A stretch of 59,645 nucleotides of DNA, counting the filler. It is 7 parts of 7 records of this genome, joined end to end, with 100 filler letters (N's around TTAATTAATTAA, not from the genome) between each part and the next. Parts side by side here need not be neighbours in the genome. Positions count along the whole stretch, not along the records: positions 41,243 to 53,961 come from SRR31156797_31818; 6 more parts are not named here. The stretch is one strand, 5' to 3'. Under the pieces are notes generated by a model. The model saw nothing but the letters and a program-made list of their open reading frames with translations. It was not told the origin of the DNA and did no database searches. Within the stretch, counting starts at the first letter, position 1. Each line of letters begins with the position of its first letter. Both the position numbers and the translations under genes were made by a program. Positions 41,448 through 51,727 of the stretch are shown in pieces.

Positions 41448-42464
41448 ATGATGAAAGTGACCATTCTCGGATTTTACAACACCATGGCAACCACCATATT
41501 CGGCCCCATGGACATCCTGAACCAAGCAGGAAGGCTGTGGAACCGGCTGGGCAACGCCCCGCAAACCCCGTTTTTTCATGTGGTCATTGCCACGGCGGAC
41601 GGACAGCCCATCCGATCCGTGAACAATATTTATATCCGGCCCCATTGCAGCATCGAAAAAATTCAACAAACGGATCTGATTATCATTGCGTCGGCCACCT
41701 ATATCGACAGAATTCTTGAAAGAAACCCTGAACTGCTTCCCTGGATACGGAGCCATTACGAGCGGGGTGCCCATGTGGCCAGTATTTGCACAGGGGTGTT
41801 TTTGCTGGCGGAAACCGGGTTGCTGAACGGCAAAACAGCCACCCTTCATTGGGGATTTACCGAGATGTTCCGCAAGAGATACCCGCTGGTAACCTTAAGG
41901 CAGGACCGGATGTACCTGGACCACGGCCGCCTCTATTGCTCAGCCGGGGTGAGCGCCGGCATGGATCTCACCCTTTACCTGGTGGAAAAATTTTGTGGCC
42001 GGAAGGCCGCCGTTGAATCCGCCAAGACCATGGTTCTGGATATGGGAAGAGAGTTGCAGACCCCTTATGAAAGTTTTTTTGCTCCCAAAGACCATGGCGA
42101 TCCCCTTGTGGTCCAGGCCCAGGAGTGGATGGCCCGGCATCAAACCGAGGCGATTGATTATGGAAAACTGGCTGAGAAATTCCGTATGAGCCGCCGTTCA
42201 CTGGAGCGCCGGTTCAAGCGGGCCACGGGCTTCACCCCATTGGGGTATCTACAGCAATTGCGGGTGGAAAACGCCAAACGGATGCTGGAGGAAGGGGCCC
42301 TGACCTTCAACGAAATCACCTACCGGGTGGGATATGAAGACATTTCATTTTTCAGGAAAGTATTTGTCAGGCTGACCGGCTTGCGGCCGAAAGAATATCA
42401 ACAGCGTTTCACGGGGCATTCCGGAAAATTGGACTCCGTTCGCCCCTGTGCACTGCCCGACTGA
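41448..42464 (+). CDS. GlxA-family AraC regulator (DJ-1/PfpI plus HTH)
   Basis: ASICTGVFLLAETGLL, ATLHW, SRRSLERRFK, VGYEDISFFRKVF. Confidence 0.93.
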   Translation: MMKVTILGFYNTMATTIFGPMDILNQAGRLWNRLGNAPQTPFFHVVIATADGQPIRSVNNIYIRPHCSIEKIQQTDLIIIASATYIDRILERNPELLPWIRSHYERGAHVASICTGVFLLAETGLLNGKTATLHWGFTEMFRKRYPLVTLRQDRMYLDHGRLYCSAGVSAGMDLTLYLVEKFCGRKAAVESAKTMVLDMGRELQTPYESFFAPKDHGDPLVVQAQEWMARHQTEAIDYGKLAEKFRMSRRSLERRFKRATGFTPLGYLQQLRVENAKRMLEEGALTFNEITYRVGYEDISFFRKVFVRLTGLRPKEYQQRFTGHSGKLDSVRPCALPD

Positions 42465-42494
42465 CTTAGGGTCTCGGTCCATATGGTTTATAAC

Positions 42495-43340
42495 TTATGC
42501 AATTCTCATTTTTTCTTTCATATATCTTATAAATTCGTCAAATGTATCTTTCTCCAGTCCCAGCAGCTTGGCCTCATCAGTCTCCAACAGATCAAATTTG
42601 ATATGGTCAGCACCCATTCCGATGCCGATTTCCCTGCAAGCCATATTTGCAAACCGGACAAGGATGAGCAGAAGGTTTTCTGAATTTAGTCTCTCATAGG
42701 GTAAGTGATGGTCCCTCGCCACTTCACAATATTCTTCCGGCAAATTCATTTTTGTCAAAAGTTTAAATCCCTGATCGGTATGCAGCTTCGACAGTGTTTC
42801 ATATATCAGCTCGCCTGTAAGGGGCGGCAATCCCAAACTTTTATTATTTTTGGCATTTTCAATTGCAGACAAGAGGATCAGTTTCCCGAAATCATGGAGC
42901 ATGCCTCCCAGAAAAGCCTGTGGGTTCAGCGTCTTATGAAAGATGTTCGAAAGCCACTGCGTTCCTATGGCGCAGCCCAAATTATGGGTCCATAATTGTA
43001 ACATATAGGGCTGCATCTGAATGTCGTTGGTACTGAAATTCTTGTGGAGTGCCGCCGATACCACAACATTTCCACTTTCTTTGACTCCTAAATGATTAAT
43101 GGCATCACGCACTGTCTTCTTTTTCGTCATGAGGCCGTAGAAGGGTGAGTTTACTGCCTGCAAAACCGCTGCAGAAAGTTTGGAATCGACGCTGACCATA
43201 TCAACGATCTGGTTTATTTCCGGTCCGCTTGCGATCAATTGCTGAACTTTTAATGCAATGGGGTTAAACACGGGTATGGGAATGTTTCCCCCTTCAATAA
43301 TTTTCGATACAATATGGCCAAAATCAATTTCATTTTCCAC
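42495..43340 (-). CDS. HDOD domain protein
   Basis: DSKLSAAVLQAVNSPFYG, AFLGGMLHDFGKL, HTDQG, DHH. Confidence 0.92.
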   Translation of the reverse strand: MENEIDFGHIVSKIIEGGNIPIPVFNPIALKVQQLIASGPEINQIVDMVSVDSKLSAAVLQAVNSPFYGLMTKKKTVRDAINHLGVKESGNVVVSAALHKNFSTNDIQMQPYMLQLWTHNLGCAIGTQWLSNIFHKTLNPQAFLGGMLHDFGKLILLSAIENAKNNKSLGLPPLTGELIYETLSKLHTDQGFKLLTKMNLPEEYCEVARDHHLPYERLNSENLLLILVRFANMACREIGIGMGADHIKFDLLETDEAKLLGLEKDTFDEFIRYMKEKMRIA

Positions 43341-43420
43341 AAATTATCCCTCATAATGCAGCTAAGAGTCCAACCTCGGCATTGATTGTTTCCGGTTTGA
43401 AATCAAAACACATTCAAGCC

Positions 43421-43942
43421 CTAATTCAATTTTCTCACAATATTGTCGGTATTTAGCAAAAGAATGACCCTGTCCTCATATTTGACCATTCCAACAAGAT
43501 AGGAGACATCCATTTTTGCTAAAATTTCAGGAACTTCCACAAGGTCATTTTCGTCAATTTTCAAAACGCCGGAAATGGCATCGATAATGATGCCGAATTG
43601 TTTCAATTTCAGCTCATACCAAATCTCTATAATTATAATGCAAGTCTCATCATTATAATCACACTTTTCCAATCCTAACAAAGATCTCAAATCGAAAACC
43701 GGTATGACATGATCTCTAAGATTAACAACCCCGATCAGACCGTCAGAATGATCGAGCAACGGGGTAATCGGCATGATCTTGATGATTTCCTTAACTTTGA
43801 GAACGGATATGCCGTAAGTTTCCCCGGCCAAATGAAATGTGATGTACTCTCCTTCTTCCGTAATGGAAATTTGGCTTTTTTTGGCACTCTCGATCTCATC
43901 CATTATGGAATTGATAAAGTCATCAGAGATCAAATCATCCAT
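43421..43942 (-). CDS. cheW: Chemotaxis adaptor CheW
   Basis: YITFHLAGETYGI, VKEII, GVVNLRDHVIPVFDLR, FGIIIDAI. Confidence 0.92.
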   Translation of the reverse strand: MDDLISDDFINSIMDEIESAKKSQISITEEGEYITFHLAGETYGISVLKVKEIIKIMPITPLLDHSDGLIGVVNLRDHVIPVFDLRSLLGLEKCDYNDETCIIIIEIWYELKLKQFGIIIDAISGVLKIDENDLVEVPEILAKMDVSYLVGMVKYEDRVILLLNTDNIVRKLN

Positions 43943-44260
43943 TTAACCCACCCGTCACAGCCGCTCTACCCGAAAATATGAAAAGTAACGTAAACACCCT
44001 AATCCGACATACAGTTATTATCATAACAAAACCTTTCCCTCTTCTCATTTATAATAGTACATTCTGGCGCAACTATAAACGCATATTTTCATCACCGTTC
44101 CCCTCTCCGGCGAAATCACCTGCCGAGTGTGAAAAAAATCACGCAGCCATTTATCACGGAATTTTTTGACCATATTGTAACGCACATGATTACAAAAGAT
44201 AAGCGGTAAATTTGTTCTCCAATATAAAACGTTCCCAGGCCGGTCCCGATCTCCCGAATC

Positions 44261-44587
44261 TTAGCGAAGGGCCTCAAGCGCCTCCCCCACAGCCGGCGCT
44301 GATTGAATAATTTTTTCCAGCTTTTCGCATCTGTATTCACTGCATACGGCGCAATGCGGTTGAGATTTTTCAATATTGCATTGTCTTATTTGGCACATGG
44401 TTGCGGCAAAGGCGCATTTAACTCGGTCGGATTTGCAGCCGTTACAATTTATTTCCTCCGGCTTCATGTGAACACCAAATTCAATCAGGCACTGATCAGC
44501 GATTTTTTTACGTTCCTGGTCGCTGTCCGTTTGAGTGGCCAAATAACTTTCACACTTTGAGCAATCGATTCCACAATAAGAGATCAT
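44261..44587 (-). CDS. DUF3795 Cys-rich protein
   Basis: AGGAG RBS before MISYCGIDCSKC; CNGC, CQIRQC, HCAVCSEYRC. Confidence 0.85.
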   Translation of the reverse strand: MISYCGIDCSKCESYLATQTDSDQERKKIADQCLIEFGVHMKPEEINCNGCKSDRVKCAFAATMCQIRQCNIEKSQPHCAVCSEYRCEKLEKIIQSAPAVGEALEALR

Positions 44588-44661
44588 TCTGTTAGCTCCT
44601 GTCGCCCGGACGTTTTCAGATGGCCTGTTTCCGTAAACCACCTGGCCCAAATGACGGTTTT

Positions 44662-46332
44662 TTACGGCCGTGCCGTTTCAAAATTTAATGACCTGACCAT
44701 GCCCTTCAAATATTCGATGGGCGTTTCCAAAAGGCCGACAGCGAAAACGCCGATCAACTTCGTTTTTTCATAAACCATAACACCGGCTGTTACCATATGG
44801 GATGTTTGGGTTTTTGCACCTATTTCAAAATAGTTGGCTGCGGTTCCATCTGCCAGGCGGATCATTTCTTTGTGGTTCAATTCAATATCCGAAAGCCGAT
44901 CCATCCCCTTCATATATCCCAGGACATATTCCTCGCTTTGGTTCAACTGCAATCCTTGCGGGATATCGTCCACCGAAACCATAAAAATTGGCAAACCCCT
45001 GAGTCCGGTTTTTGTGAAAACAAAAGGGTGTTTCAATGTTTGTACGCCGACCATCAATTCGGCATCGTACTCCGCTCTAAATCCGAATTCTTCATTCACA
45101 TACCGTTTCCGTTTGGGGCCGGCAAGTGCCGGTGCCGATTTTTCCCGCCTTTTGTTTCTGTCCTCATAAGTTGCGGTCCGCCAGAATCGATCCAGGGATC
45201 TCAGCCTCTTTAAGGCTTTCGGATCTTCCGGAAGCGGACCGTCGGATTTTACCGCCGGAATAATATAACCCCTTAGAACTCCTTCCGGAAGGAGACCATC
45301 CCGATCTTTCAGGCGGCCGGTGAAAACAACCACCATTTGTTCCTCTTCCAAAACAAAAATCCGTTGCCCCCGGTAACCCAACGCCGCATAATTCCCGGGA
45401 CTTATGACCCACCACTGGTATCCGTAGCCGGGCGTAAAGGTCGCAGCCATATGTTTTTGGGTAGCCTCAGCCACCCATTCGGCGGATACAATCTGCCGGT
45501 CGTCCCATCTTCCATTGTTCAGGAACAGGTATCCGAATCTGGCCATATGGCGCGGACGCATATGAATCCGCCCCCAGCCGATGGTCTGTCCATGAATATT
45601 GGCCGGCCAGTAAATATCATTTATGCCGATCGGTTTAAACAGGTGTTCTTTCGCAAACTCCAGACCCGGTTTGCCCGTCGTCTTCTCAATGATGGCGGTC
45701 AGCAGGAACGAGGCGCCGTTGCAATATTCAAATCGGGCGCCGGGCGCTTCCACCAACGGCAAGTCAAGCATATATTGCACCCAATCCTCGCTCCAACCCA
45801 TTTCATTCAGGCCTTCCCAGTGATAAAGGTGGGAGTCCCGACATTCCAGGCCGGTTGCCATTTGCAGCACATCCTTCAGGGTGATCTGCTGTTTACGCGG
45901 GTCCGGATGTTTGGGGATTTTTTCCGGGAAAAATCCGAGCAGCGGCTGATCCACTGACTTGATATACCCTTTGTCAATGGCAATACCGATGAGAGTTGAA
46001 GATATGCTTTTGGTACATGAGAATATATTGTGTTTAAAATGGGGAGCCTGCGGGAAATGATACGCGTCCAGCACCACGTATCCGTTGCGAACGATTAAGA
46101 TGCTGTCTATTTCAAGGTTTTCTTGCCAAAGGCGGTCCATCATATCCGACAGTATCCCGGAGCTCATGCCCTGGCTTTCGGGTGTTGCCGTTCTCCATTG
46201 TTCCTTGGGCCAGTAGTCCGCCGCCGTGCCCCTATTAATGAAAAAAAGGGAAATTGAGATCAGAATAAATAGTTGAAACCGTACAAAAGATAATTTCGTT
46301 AGGCTTTCTCGCCACATTTCTGAAAGCGCCAT
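44662..46332 (-). CDS. Serine hydrolase (beta-lactamase/AmpC-like) with extra C-terminal domain
   Basis: SCTK (SxxK), YCN (YxN), GYGYQWW, ALGYRGQ. Confidence 0.9.
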   Translation of the reverse strand: MALSEMWRESLTKLSFVRFQLFILISISLFFINRGTAADYWPKEQWRTATPESQGMSSGILSDMMDRLWQENLEIDSILIVRNGYVVLDAYHFPQAPHFKHNIFSCTKSISSTLIGIAIDKGYIKSVDQPLLGFFPEKIPKHPDPRKQQITLKDVLQMATGLECRDSHLYHWEGLNEMGWSEDWVQYMLDLPLVEAPGARFEYCNGASFLLTAIIEKTTGKPGLEFAKEHLFKPIGINDIYWPANIHGQTIGWGRIHMRPRHMARFGYLFLNNGRWDDRQIVSAEWVAEATQKHMAATFTPGYGYQWWVISPGNYAALGYRGQRIFVLEEEQMVVVFTGRLKDRDGLLPEGVLRGYIIPAVKSDGPLPEDPKALKRLRSLDRFWRTATYEDRNKRREKSAPALAGPKRKRYVNEEFGFRAEYDAELMVGVQTLKHPFVFTKTGLRGLPIFMVSVDDIPQGLQLNQSEEYVLGYMKGMDRLSDIELNHKEMIRLADGTAANYFEIGAKTQTSHMVTAGVMVYEKTKLIGVFAVGLLETPIEYLKGMVRSLNFETARP

Positions 46333-46403
46333 ATGCCCCCCCTTGCTTATATGTTCATGAAATCAATTGATTCATATAAGTACGGTTGCCTTGACTTGCC
46401 CCT

Positions 46404-47327
46404 TTATTCAGGCCCACTGCTTTCAGCCAGGGCCGCCAATCCCCCGATGGCCCCCAGATTCATGGACTCAAGGGCCGCGCTGGGTACGATGACCAGCGAT
46501 CCCTTTTCCTTGAGTCCCTCGAACAGCATATTCATGCCGCGCAGCTGGAGCGCCACCGGATTACTGCGGTACTTTTCACTGGCCTCGGCGAATTTCTCCG
46601 CAATCTCGGTCTCGGCCGTTCCTAGAATTATTCTTGCCTGGCGCTCCCGTTCCGCTTGGGCTTGCTTGCTCATGGCATCCGCCAGTTCGGCGGGTATGAT
46701 GATGTCCTTGATTCCCACATTCTGGCAAGTGATGCCCCAGGGATTGGTGTTTTCATCCAGCGTTTTTTGAAGGTCTTCCCCGATCTTTTCCCGATGCTGA
46801 AGGAGATCGGCCAGTTCATGCTTTCCGATCATATCCCGCAAGCCCGTCTGAGCGATATAGGCAACGGCCACCATATATTTTTCCACCTCAAGGGCCGCTT
46901 TCTCCACATCCCAGACCATCCAGTACACCACGGCGTCCACATTGACCGGAACCGTGTCCTTGGTTAGGGTCTTTTCCGCGCTGAAGTCCGTAACGCGTAT
47001 CCGCTGGTCCACATATTTGTCCACGCGATCCACGATGGGAATAATCAAAAAGAGCCCCGGCCCCTTCAATGCCTTATACTTGCCCATCCTCAGGACAACC
47101 GCCTTTTCCCATTGGTCGGCGATCTTAAAGGCGGATGCGGCAAGCCATGCAAGAACAACCCCCACCGCGGCCGGCAGAACCTGGATCGTCTTTGTGAAAT
47201 AGAGGAGCCCAACGGCCGATAGAAGAACCAAAAAGATGGTAACGGCGATCGGATTCATGCCCCGGACCCGCTGTCGTTTTTTTAATTCGTTCATGCCTTC
47301 CTTTTTCGTCTCGTCTTTTGATGCCAT
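46404..47327 (-). CDS. SPFH/stomatin (slipin) family protein
   Basis: WEKAVVLRMG, TKDTVPVNVDAV, QAQAERERQARII, ALQLR. Confidence 0.93.
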   Translation of the reverse strand: MASKDETKKEGMNELKKRQRVRGMNPIAVTIFLVLLSAVGLLYFTKTIQVLPAAVGVVLAWLAASAFKIADQWEKAVVLRMGKYKALKGPGLFLIIPIVDRVDKYVDQRIRVTDFSAEKTLTKDTVPVNVDAVVYWMVWDVEKAALEVEKYMVAVAYIAQTGLRDMIGKHELADLLQHREKIGEDLQKTLDENTNPWGITCQNVGIKDIIIPAELADAMSKQAQAERERQARIILGTAETEIAEKFAEASEKYRSNPVALQLRGMNMLFEGLKEKGSLVIVPSAALESMNLGAIGGLAALAESSGPE

Positions 47328-47337
47328 TCTTGCCTCC

Positions 47338-47703
47338 TTATCTCCTTTTGAGTTCATCCATCACATCTTCAATGGTGAACCCGTAGGTTGCACCGATACT
47401 CAGCAATTCGTTGCAGATGGTCTCAAGCTTTCTTCTCCTTTCTTCCGAGGAAATATGAATCTCAACGGGACCGATAAAGGTTCCCGTCCCCTGCTGGGAC
47501 TCCAGGACATTTTGGATCTCCAATTCGCGGTAAGCCTTGCTGACCGTGTTGAGGTTGACTTTGAGCTGAACGGCAAGGGCCCTGACGGTTGGCAGTTGCT
47601 CGCCCACCTTCAGATTCCCGGCCGCAATGCCATACCGGATCTGGTCGATAATCTGTCGATAGAATGGGATGCCGCTTTTCGGGTCCAATTTAAAATCAAT
47701 CAC
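47338..47703 (-). CDS. GntR-family regulator, YtrA subfamily
   Basis: 121 aa; PFYRQIIDQI, LPTVRALA, NLNTVSKAY, QGTGTF. Confidence 0.93.
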   Translation of the reverse strand: MIDFKLDPKSGIPFYRQIIDQIRYGIAAGNLKVGEQLPTVRALAVQLKVNLNTVSKAYRELEIQNVLESQQGTGTFIGPVEIHISSEERRRKLETICNELLSIGATYGFTIEDVMDELKRR

Positions 47704-47730
47704 CGGATGCCACCTCCTTTCAGATGAAAC

Positions 47731-47754
47731 ATTGTACTATATGTATAGTACAAT
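47731..47754. promoter_or_regulatory. YtrA-type operator, perfect inverted repeat ATTGTACTATA-tg-TATAGTACAAT
   Basis: 11-bp perfect arms immediately upstream of the GntR gene. Confidence 0.8.
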
Positions 47755-48148
47755 AGAGGTATAGTGTCACATTCCAATTGTCAACAAAAATATGAACCTT
47801 TCCGGCTACAACGCGGCGGCCCCTTCCCCAAAGGTCAAAAAAAAGGAATGGCATATGACCCATTGCTTTTCGGATGAGCAATAGGTTATATAGCTATAAA
47901 TTCAATCGGTTATCTGATCCTTGAGGGGAAAATTCATGCTTGTGCACAATCATGAACGACCGATTGCAGGAGACATTCTGAAGGGTTTGGGCATGAAGAA
48001 AATGCGCCGCCGCATCATGACCGGTCCGCGACCAGAGGGGGCAACCACCGAAGCGCTGCAGATTGAGGAAAAACGGCAGAACAGAGAGGATCAGAAGAGG
48101 GGGCGGATATAATATTATGCGTTTGCGCTCCCCTTACAGATATTTTCA

Positions 48149-49333
48149 TCACAGTCCCTCCGTCCCCCGAAAAAGATCATTCGAGTGTTTGAAGGGAACA
48201 ATGGAAACATCCGTTCTTTTTTGACTTTCATCGCCGGCGTAAACAAGGCCCGCGCCATTTTTAACATGTTCCGGAAATACTTTTACAAAGTGGTTCAGCC
48301 CCTTGAAGTAGTCTTTGGTGATGGTCATGCCGGCTTTGACCTCAATGGGAAAAAGATCGGATCCGTTGACCAGAAGCAGATCCACCTCGTTTCCCTTGCT
48401 GTCCCGGTAAAAATAGAGATTGCTTCTTTTCCCCTGATTTAACCGATACTTGAGGGCCTCTGCCAGGACCATGTTTTCAAAAAGACTGCCCCGCAACGGG
48501 TCTCGTGCAATCTGCTTTTCATTTTCAATATTGATTAGAAAAGAGGCCAATCCCACATCATAAAAGTACAGTTTGGGTGATTTGACCAAACGTTTGGAAA
48601 TATTCCTGTAATATGGCTGTAAAAGGAAAATGACATAGCTTGCTTCCAGGATAGACAGCCAGTTTCGGGCTGTTGTGTGAGAAATGCCGGCATCGTTCGC
48701 CAGGCTGTTCACATTCAGCAATTGGCCGGTCCGACCCGCGCATAATTTGATAAAGCGCTGAAAAAGGTTTAAATCCTTAATGGTAATGAGCTGCCTCAAA
48801 TCCCTCTCGATGTAGGTCTCGAAATAGTCGCCGAGAACCTGGGTCGGATTCAGTTGCTTATCCCATATGCGGGGATAAAACCCATGGTAGAGCAGACTGT
48901 CAATGTCCGGCAGAGAAAATGCGGACTGAATTTCTTCAACGGAAAAAGGGAGCAATCTCAGCAGGGCGGTTCGGCCGGCCAATGATTGATTGATGGCGTT
49001 GCTCACTTCAAATTGTTGGCTGCCGGTTAGAATAAAAAGGCCTTCCCGCTGATCCTCGTCAACCATCGGCTGGAGATAGGAAACCAGGTCGGGCGCCCTC
49101 TGGATTTCATCAAGGATGGCGCCGTCCGGATATTGGGCAAGAAACCCTCTTGGATCATCGATGGCGAATTGACGAATATCGGGCGATTCCAGGTTGGCAT
49201 AGGGTTTGTGGGCGAAGACCTTTTTGCAGAGCGTGGTTTTTCCACTCTGCCGCGGACCGGTGATCGTGACCACCGGAAAATTGGCGGCATGGGTCCGCAA
49301 AACAGCTTCAATGGTACGGTCTATTAACGGCAT
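48149..49333 (-). CDS. AAA_14 ATPase with DUF4143 domain
   Basis: GPRQSGKTT, LDEIQ, LTGS, SLAGR, SPKLYFYDVG, EVD...IEVK. Confidence 0.92.
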   Translation of the reverse strand: MPLIDRTIEAVLRTHAANFPVVTITGPRQSGKTTLCKKVFAHKPYANLESPDIRQFAIDDPRGFLAQYPDGAILDEIQRAPDLVSYLQPMVDEDQREGLFILTGSQQFEVSNAINQSLAGRTALLRLLPFSVEEIQSAFSLPDIDSLLYHGFYPRIWDKQLNPTQVLGDYFETYIERDLRQLITIKDLNLFQRFIKLCAGRTGQLLNVNSLANDAGISHTTARNWLSILEASYVIFLLQPYYRNISKRLVKSPKLYFYDVGLASFLINIENEKQIARDPLRGSLFENMVLAEALKYRLNQGKRSNLYFYRDSKGNEVDLLLVNGSDLFPIEVKAGMTITKDYFKGLNHFVKVFPEHVKNGAGLVYAGDESQKRTDVSIVPFKHSNDLFRGTEGL

Positions 49334-49475
49334 AAAAGCAGATTAAACCTAAAAAGGTGTATTTTGCAAGTCCAACTTTCAAATTGCACCCTTTTTATGG
49401 TTTCGCCTCCAAAATAAATGAAAAGGGACCCCTTTACTCCCTCCATGGTTCTCCCCTACCCGGATAACGGGGAGC

Positions 49476-50018
49476 CTAAAACCTGCTTCCCTCTTCAAGC
49501 AATCCGTAGACCACGTGGTCCACATACTCGCCATACACCTTCAATGCCCGTCGGATGGTCCCTTCCTGCTGAAAGCCCAGGCGTTCGGGGATGGCCCGGC
49601 TTTTGAGGTTGTTTACGGCACAGCGAATTTCAATGCGATTGAGTGAATAGTATTTGAATCCCAATTCGATTAAATTTTTCACGCTCTTGGTCATAATGCC
49701 TTTGCCGTTGTATTCCTGCCCCAGCCAGTAGCCCATATGACCGATGCCATTGGCTTGATCGATCCGGTCATAGCCCAATACGCCCGAGATTCTGTCCCTA
49801 TAGAAAACCGTAACGTGCAACGCCTCGCCCCGCTGAAATCGCAACAGCTGGGTTTCAATGAATTCCTTGGTGTCCGAGGGCTTCGTGGCGGTATCAAGCC
49901 AGGGCAGCCATTGTTTAAGAAAATCCCTGTTCTTGTCGACCAGTTCAAACAGATCCTCGGCGTACTGGGGTATAGATAAGCTGAGCTTGATCTCATTATC
50001 GGGATGTCGAAAAAACAT
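49476..50018 (-). CDS. RimJ/RimL-family GNAT acetyltransferase
   Basis: GYWLGQEYNGKGIMT, NLKSRAIPERLGF. Confidence 0.92.
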   Translation of the reverse strand: MFFRHPDNEIKLSLSIPQYAEDLFELVDKNRDFLKQWLPWLDTATKPSDTKEFIETQLLRFQRGEALHVTVFYRDRISGVLGYDRIDQANGIGHMGYWLGQEYNGKGIMTKSVKNLIELGFKYYSLNRIEIRCAVNNLKSRAIPERLGFQQEGTIRRALKVYGEYVDHVVYGLLEEGSRF

Positions 50019-50229
50019 TATCTTGTATGCCTTTACTGAGTGGATTGTCCATTCGGGTTCCGAAGCGCCTTAATACTCACAGTCTACTTAAGTACTTTTC
50101 CGTCTTTCCAGGCATGTCCCACGCATTCGCCGATGGACCAATACCGGTTATCCGGCATGGTCAAAACAAACGAATTCGCCTTTTTAATGTCCGGGTTTCC
50201 GTGACCCGGTATGTGAATCGAGGTCCTGA

Positions 50230-51117
50230 TCAAACGGCCATCAAGGTCTCCAGGAACTTGGCACGTGCCCCCCGCAGGACGTCCTCTCCTCTCATGGCGA
50301 TCAATAGGTTTCCATCGGGCAACAGATGATCCAACGGCACGAAATCGATTTGTCGCCCATCGAGCAAGGAAGCGCCTTCGACGATTGTGGCGAACGAAAC
50401 CCCAAGACCTTCTTCCACCAGTCGGGAACTGAGTTCCACATTGTAGGATTCAATCAAAATATCAAGCCGCATCCCCGCCTCTCGCGCGGATTTTTCCAGG
50501 AGCAACCGTCCGGGATGTCTTCTGCCGTGGGGAGGCAAGATCAGCTTTTCCCCTGCGATGTCCCTGATGGTTATTTTATGACGATGGGTCAATAAATGCC
50601 CTGACGGCACCATGAGCACCGGCATAACCCGCTTCCACAAGACGGTATGGAGCCCCCTGGGTATAACCGATTCCAGCGCCACGGCGAAGTCGGCCTCCCC
50701 GTCGCGAACCATGGCCACGGCCGTGTCCTGGGGCGTATCCAAGATGGAGAGGTTCACTTTTGGAAAAGAGTCGGTAAAACGCTTGATCACCGCCGGAAGG
50801 ATCTGGAAGCAGGTTGTGAAAGGCGCTGCAATACAAACCTGTCCGCATTCCCCTCCCCCCATCAGACGGATATCATCCAGCGTGCAATCCATCTCGTACA
50901 TGAGGTTCCGGACGAACACCTGAAGCCGTTTGCCTTCCTGGGTGGGAACCAGTTTTCGTTTCCCGATCCGATGGAACAGCTTGCAGCCGATCTCATCCTC
51001 CAGGGCCATAATCTGCTGGGTAACCGCCGGCTGGCTTCTGCATACGACCTCTGACGCCTTGGAAATGCTGCTCAGCCGCGCCACGTGGAAAAAACTGATA
51101 AGTCGAGAAAGTTCCAT
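50230..51117 (-). CDS. LysR-family regulator
   Basis: SISKASEVVCRSQPAVTQQI HTH; AGGAGG RBS before ATG 51117. Confidence 0.92.
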   Translation of the reverse strand: MELSRLISFFHVARLSSISKASEVVCRSQPAVTQQIMALEDEIGCKLFHRIGKRKLVPTQEGKRLQVFVRNLMYEMDCTLDDIRLMGGGECGQVCIAAPFTTCFQILPAVIKRFTDSFPKVNLSILDTPQDTAVAMVRDGEADFAVALESVIPRGLHTVLWKRVMPVLMVPSGHLLTHRHKITIRDIAGEKLILPPHGRRHPGRLLLEKSAREAGMRLDILIESYNVELSSRLVEEGLGVSFATIVEGASLLDGRQIDFVPLDHLLPDGNLLIAMRGEDVLRGARAKFLETLMAV

Positions 51118-51222
51118 CTTTTCCCTCCTTATATGCATTATTCAAAAAACCAATTTTACTACCAAGCCCTCTTCTGCGAGACTGTTTCCAAAAAAACCAT
51201 AACATGAACAAGGAGGGTTGCC

Positions 51223-51651
51223 ATGAAAAAAAGTCTGAAGCCCGGGTTAGCGGTTGATTTTTCCTATGAAGTGCCGTCCGAACGCACCGTGCCGAAACTG
51301 CTTCCGGAATCGGCGGAGTTCAAATGCATGCCCGAGGTGCTGGCCACGGGCTACATGGTGGCCCTGTTTGAGTGGGCCTGTATTATCACGGTGAACCCTC
51401 ACCTCGATTGGCCCGAAGAGCAAACGGTCGGCACCCATGTGAACCTGAGCCACACGGCTGCCACCCCGCCGGGGTTGACGGTGCATGTAAAGGGGCAGCT
51501 TGCCCAGATGGACGGCAGAAAGCTTGTTTTTACGCTCACCGCGGATGACGGGGTCGACCTGATTTCCAAAGGAACCCATGAACGGTTCATCATCAACCGA
51601 TCCAGATTCAATGAAAAAATGGGGGAGAAATCCAAAGCCGCGGCCCGGTAG
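51223..51651 (+). CDS. Hot-dog thioesterase (fluoroacetyl-CoA thioesterase FlK-like)
   Basis: VLATGYMVALFEWAC, TVGTHVNLSHTAATPPG, GTHERFII. Confidence 0.88.
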   Translation: MKKSLKPGLAVDFSYEVPSERTVPKLLPESAEFKCMPEVLATGYMVALFEWACIITVNPHLDWPEEQTVGTHVNLSHTAATPPGLTVHVKGQLAQMDGRKLVFTLTADDGVDLISKGTHERFIINRSRFNEKMGEKSKAAAR

Positions 51652-51727
51652 CCCCCCATCACTTGTCTTGGATCGGCAACGAACGCGTTAACCCGCCGGA
51701 ACCCCATAAGAAAGCGGCAAGGGGGGG

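Noticed and set aside
47921-48112. 63-aa ORF between GntR and the AAA ATPase
   Set aside because: No motif or convincing RBS; cannot be supported.
48149-49333. AAA_14/DUF4143 ATPase as a defence system
   Set aside because: Very common stand-alone family with no partner genes here.
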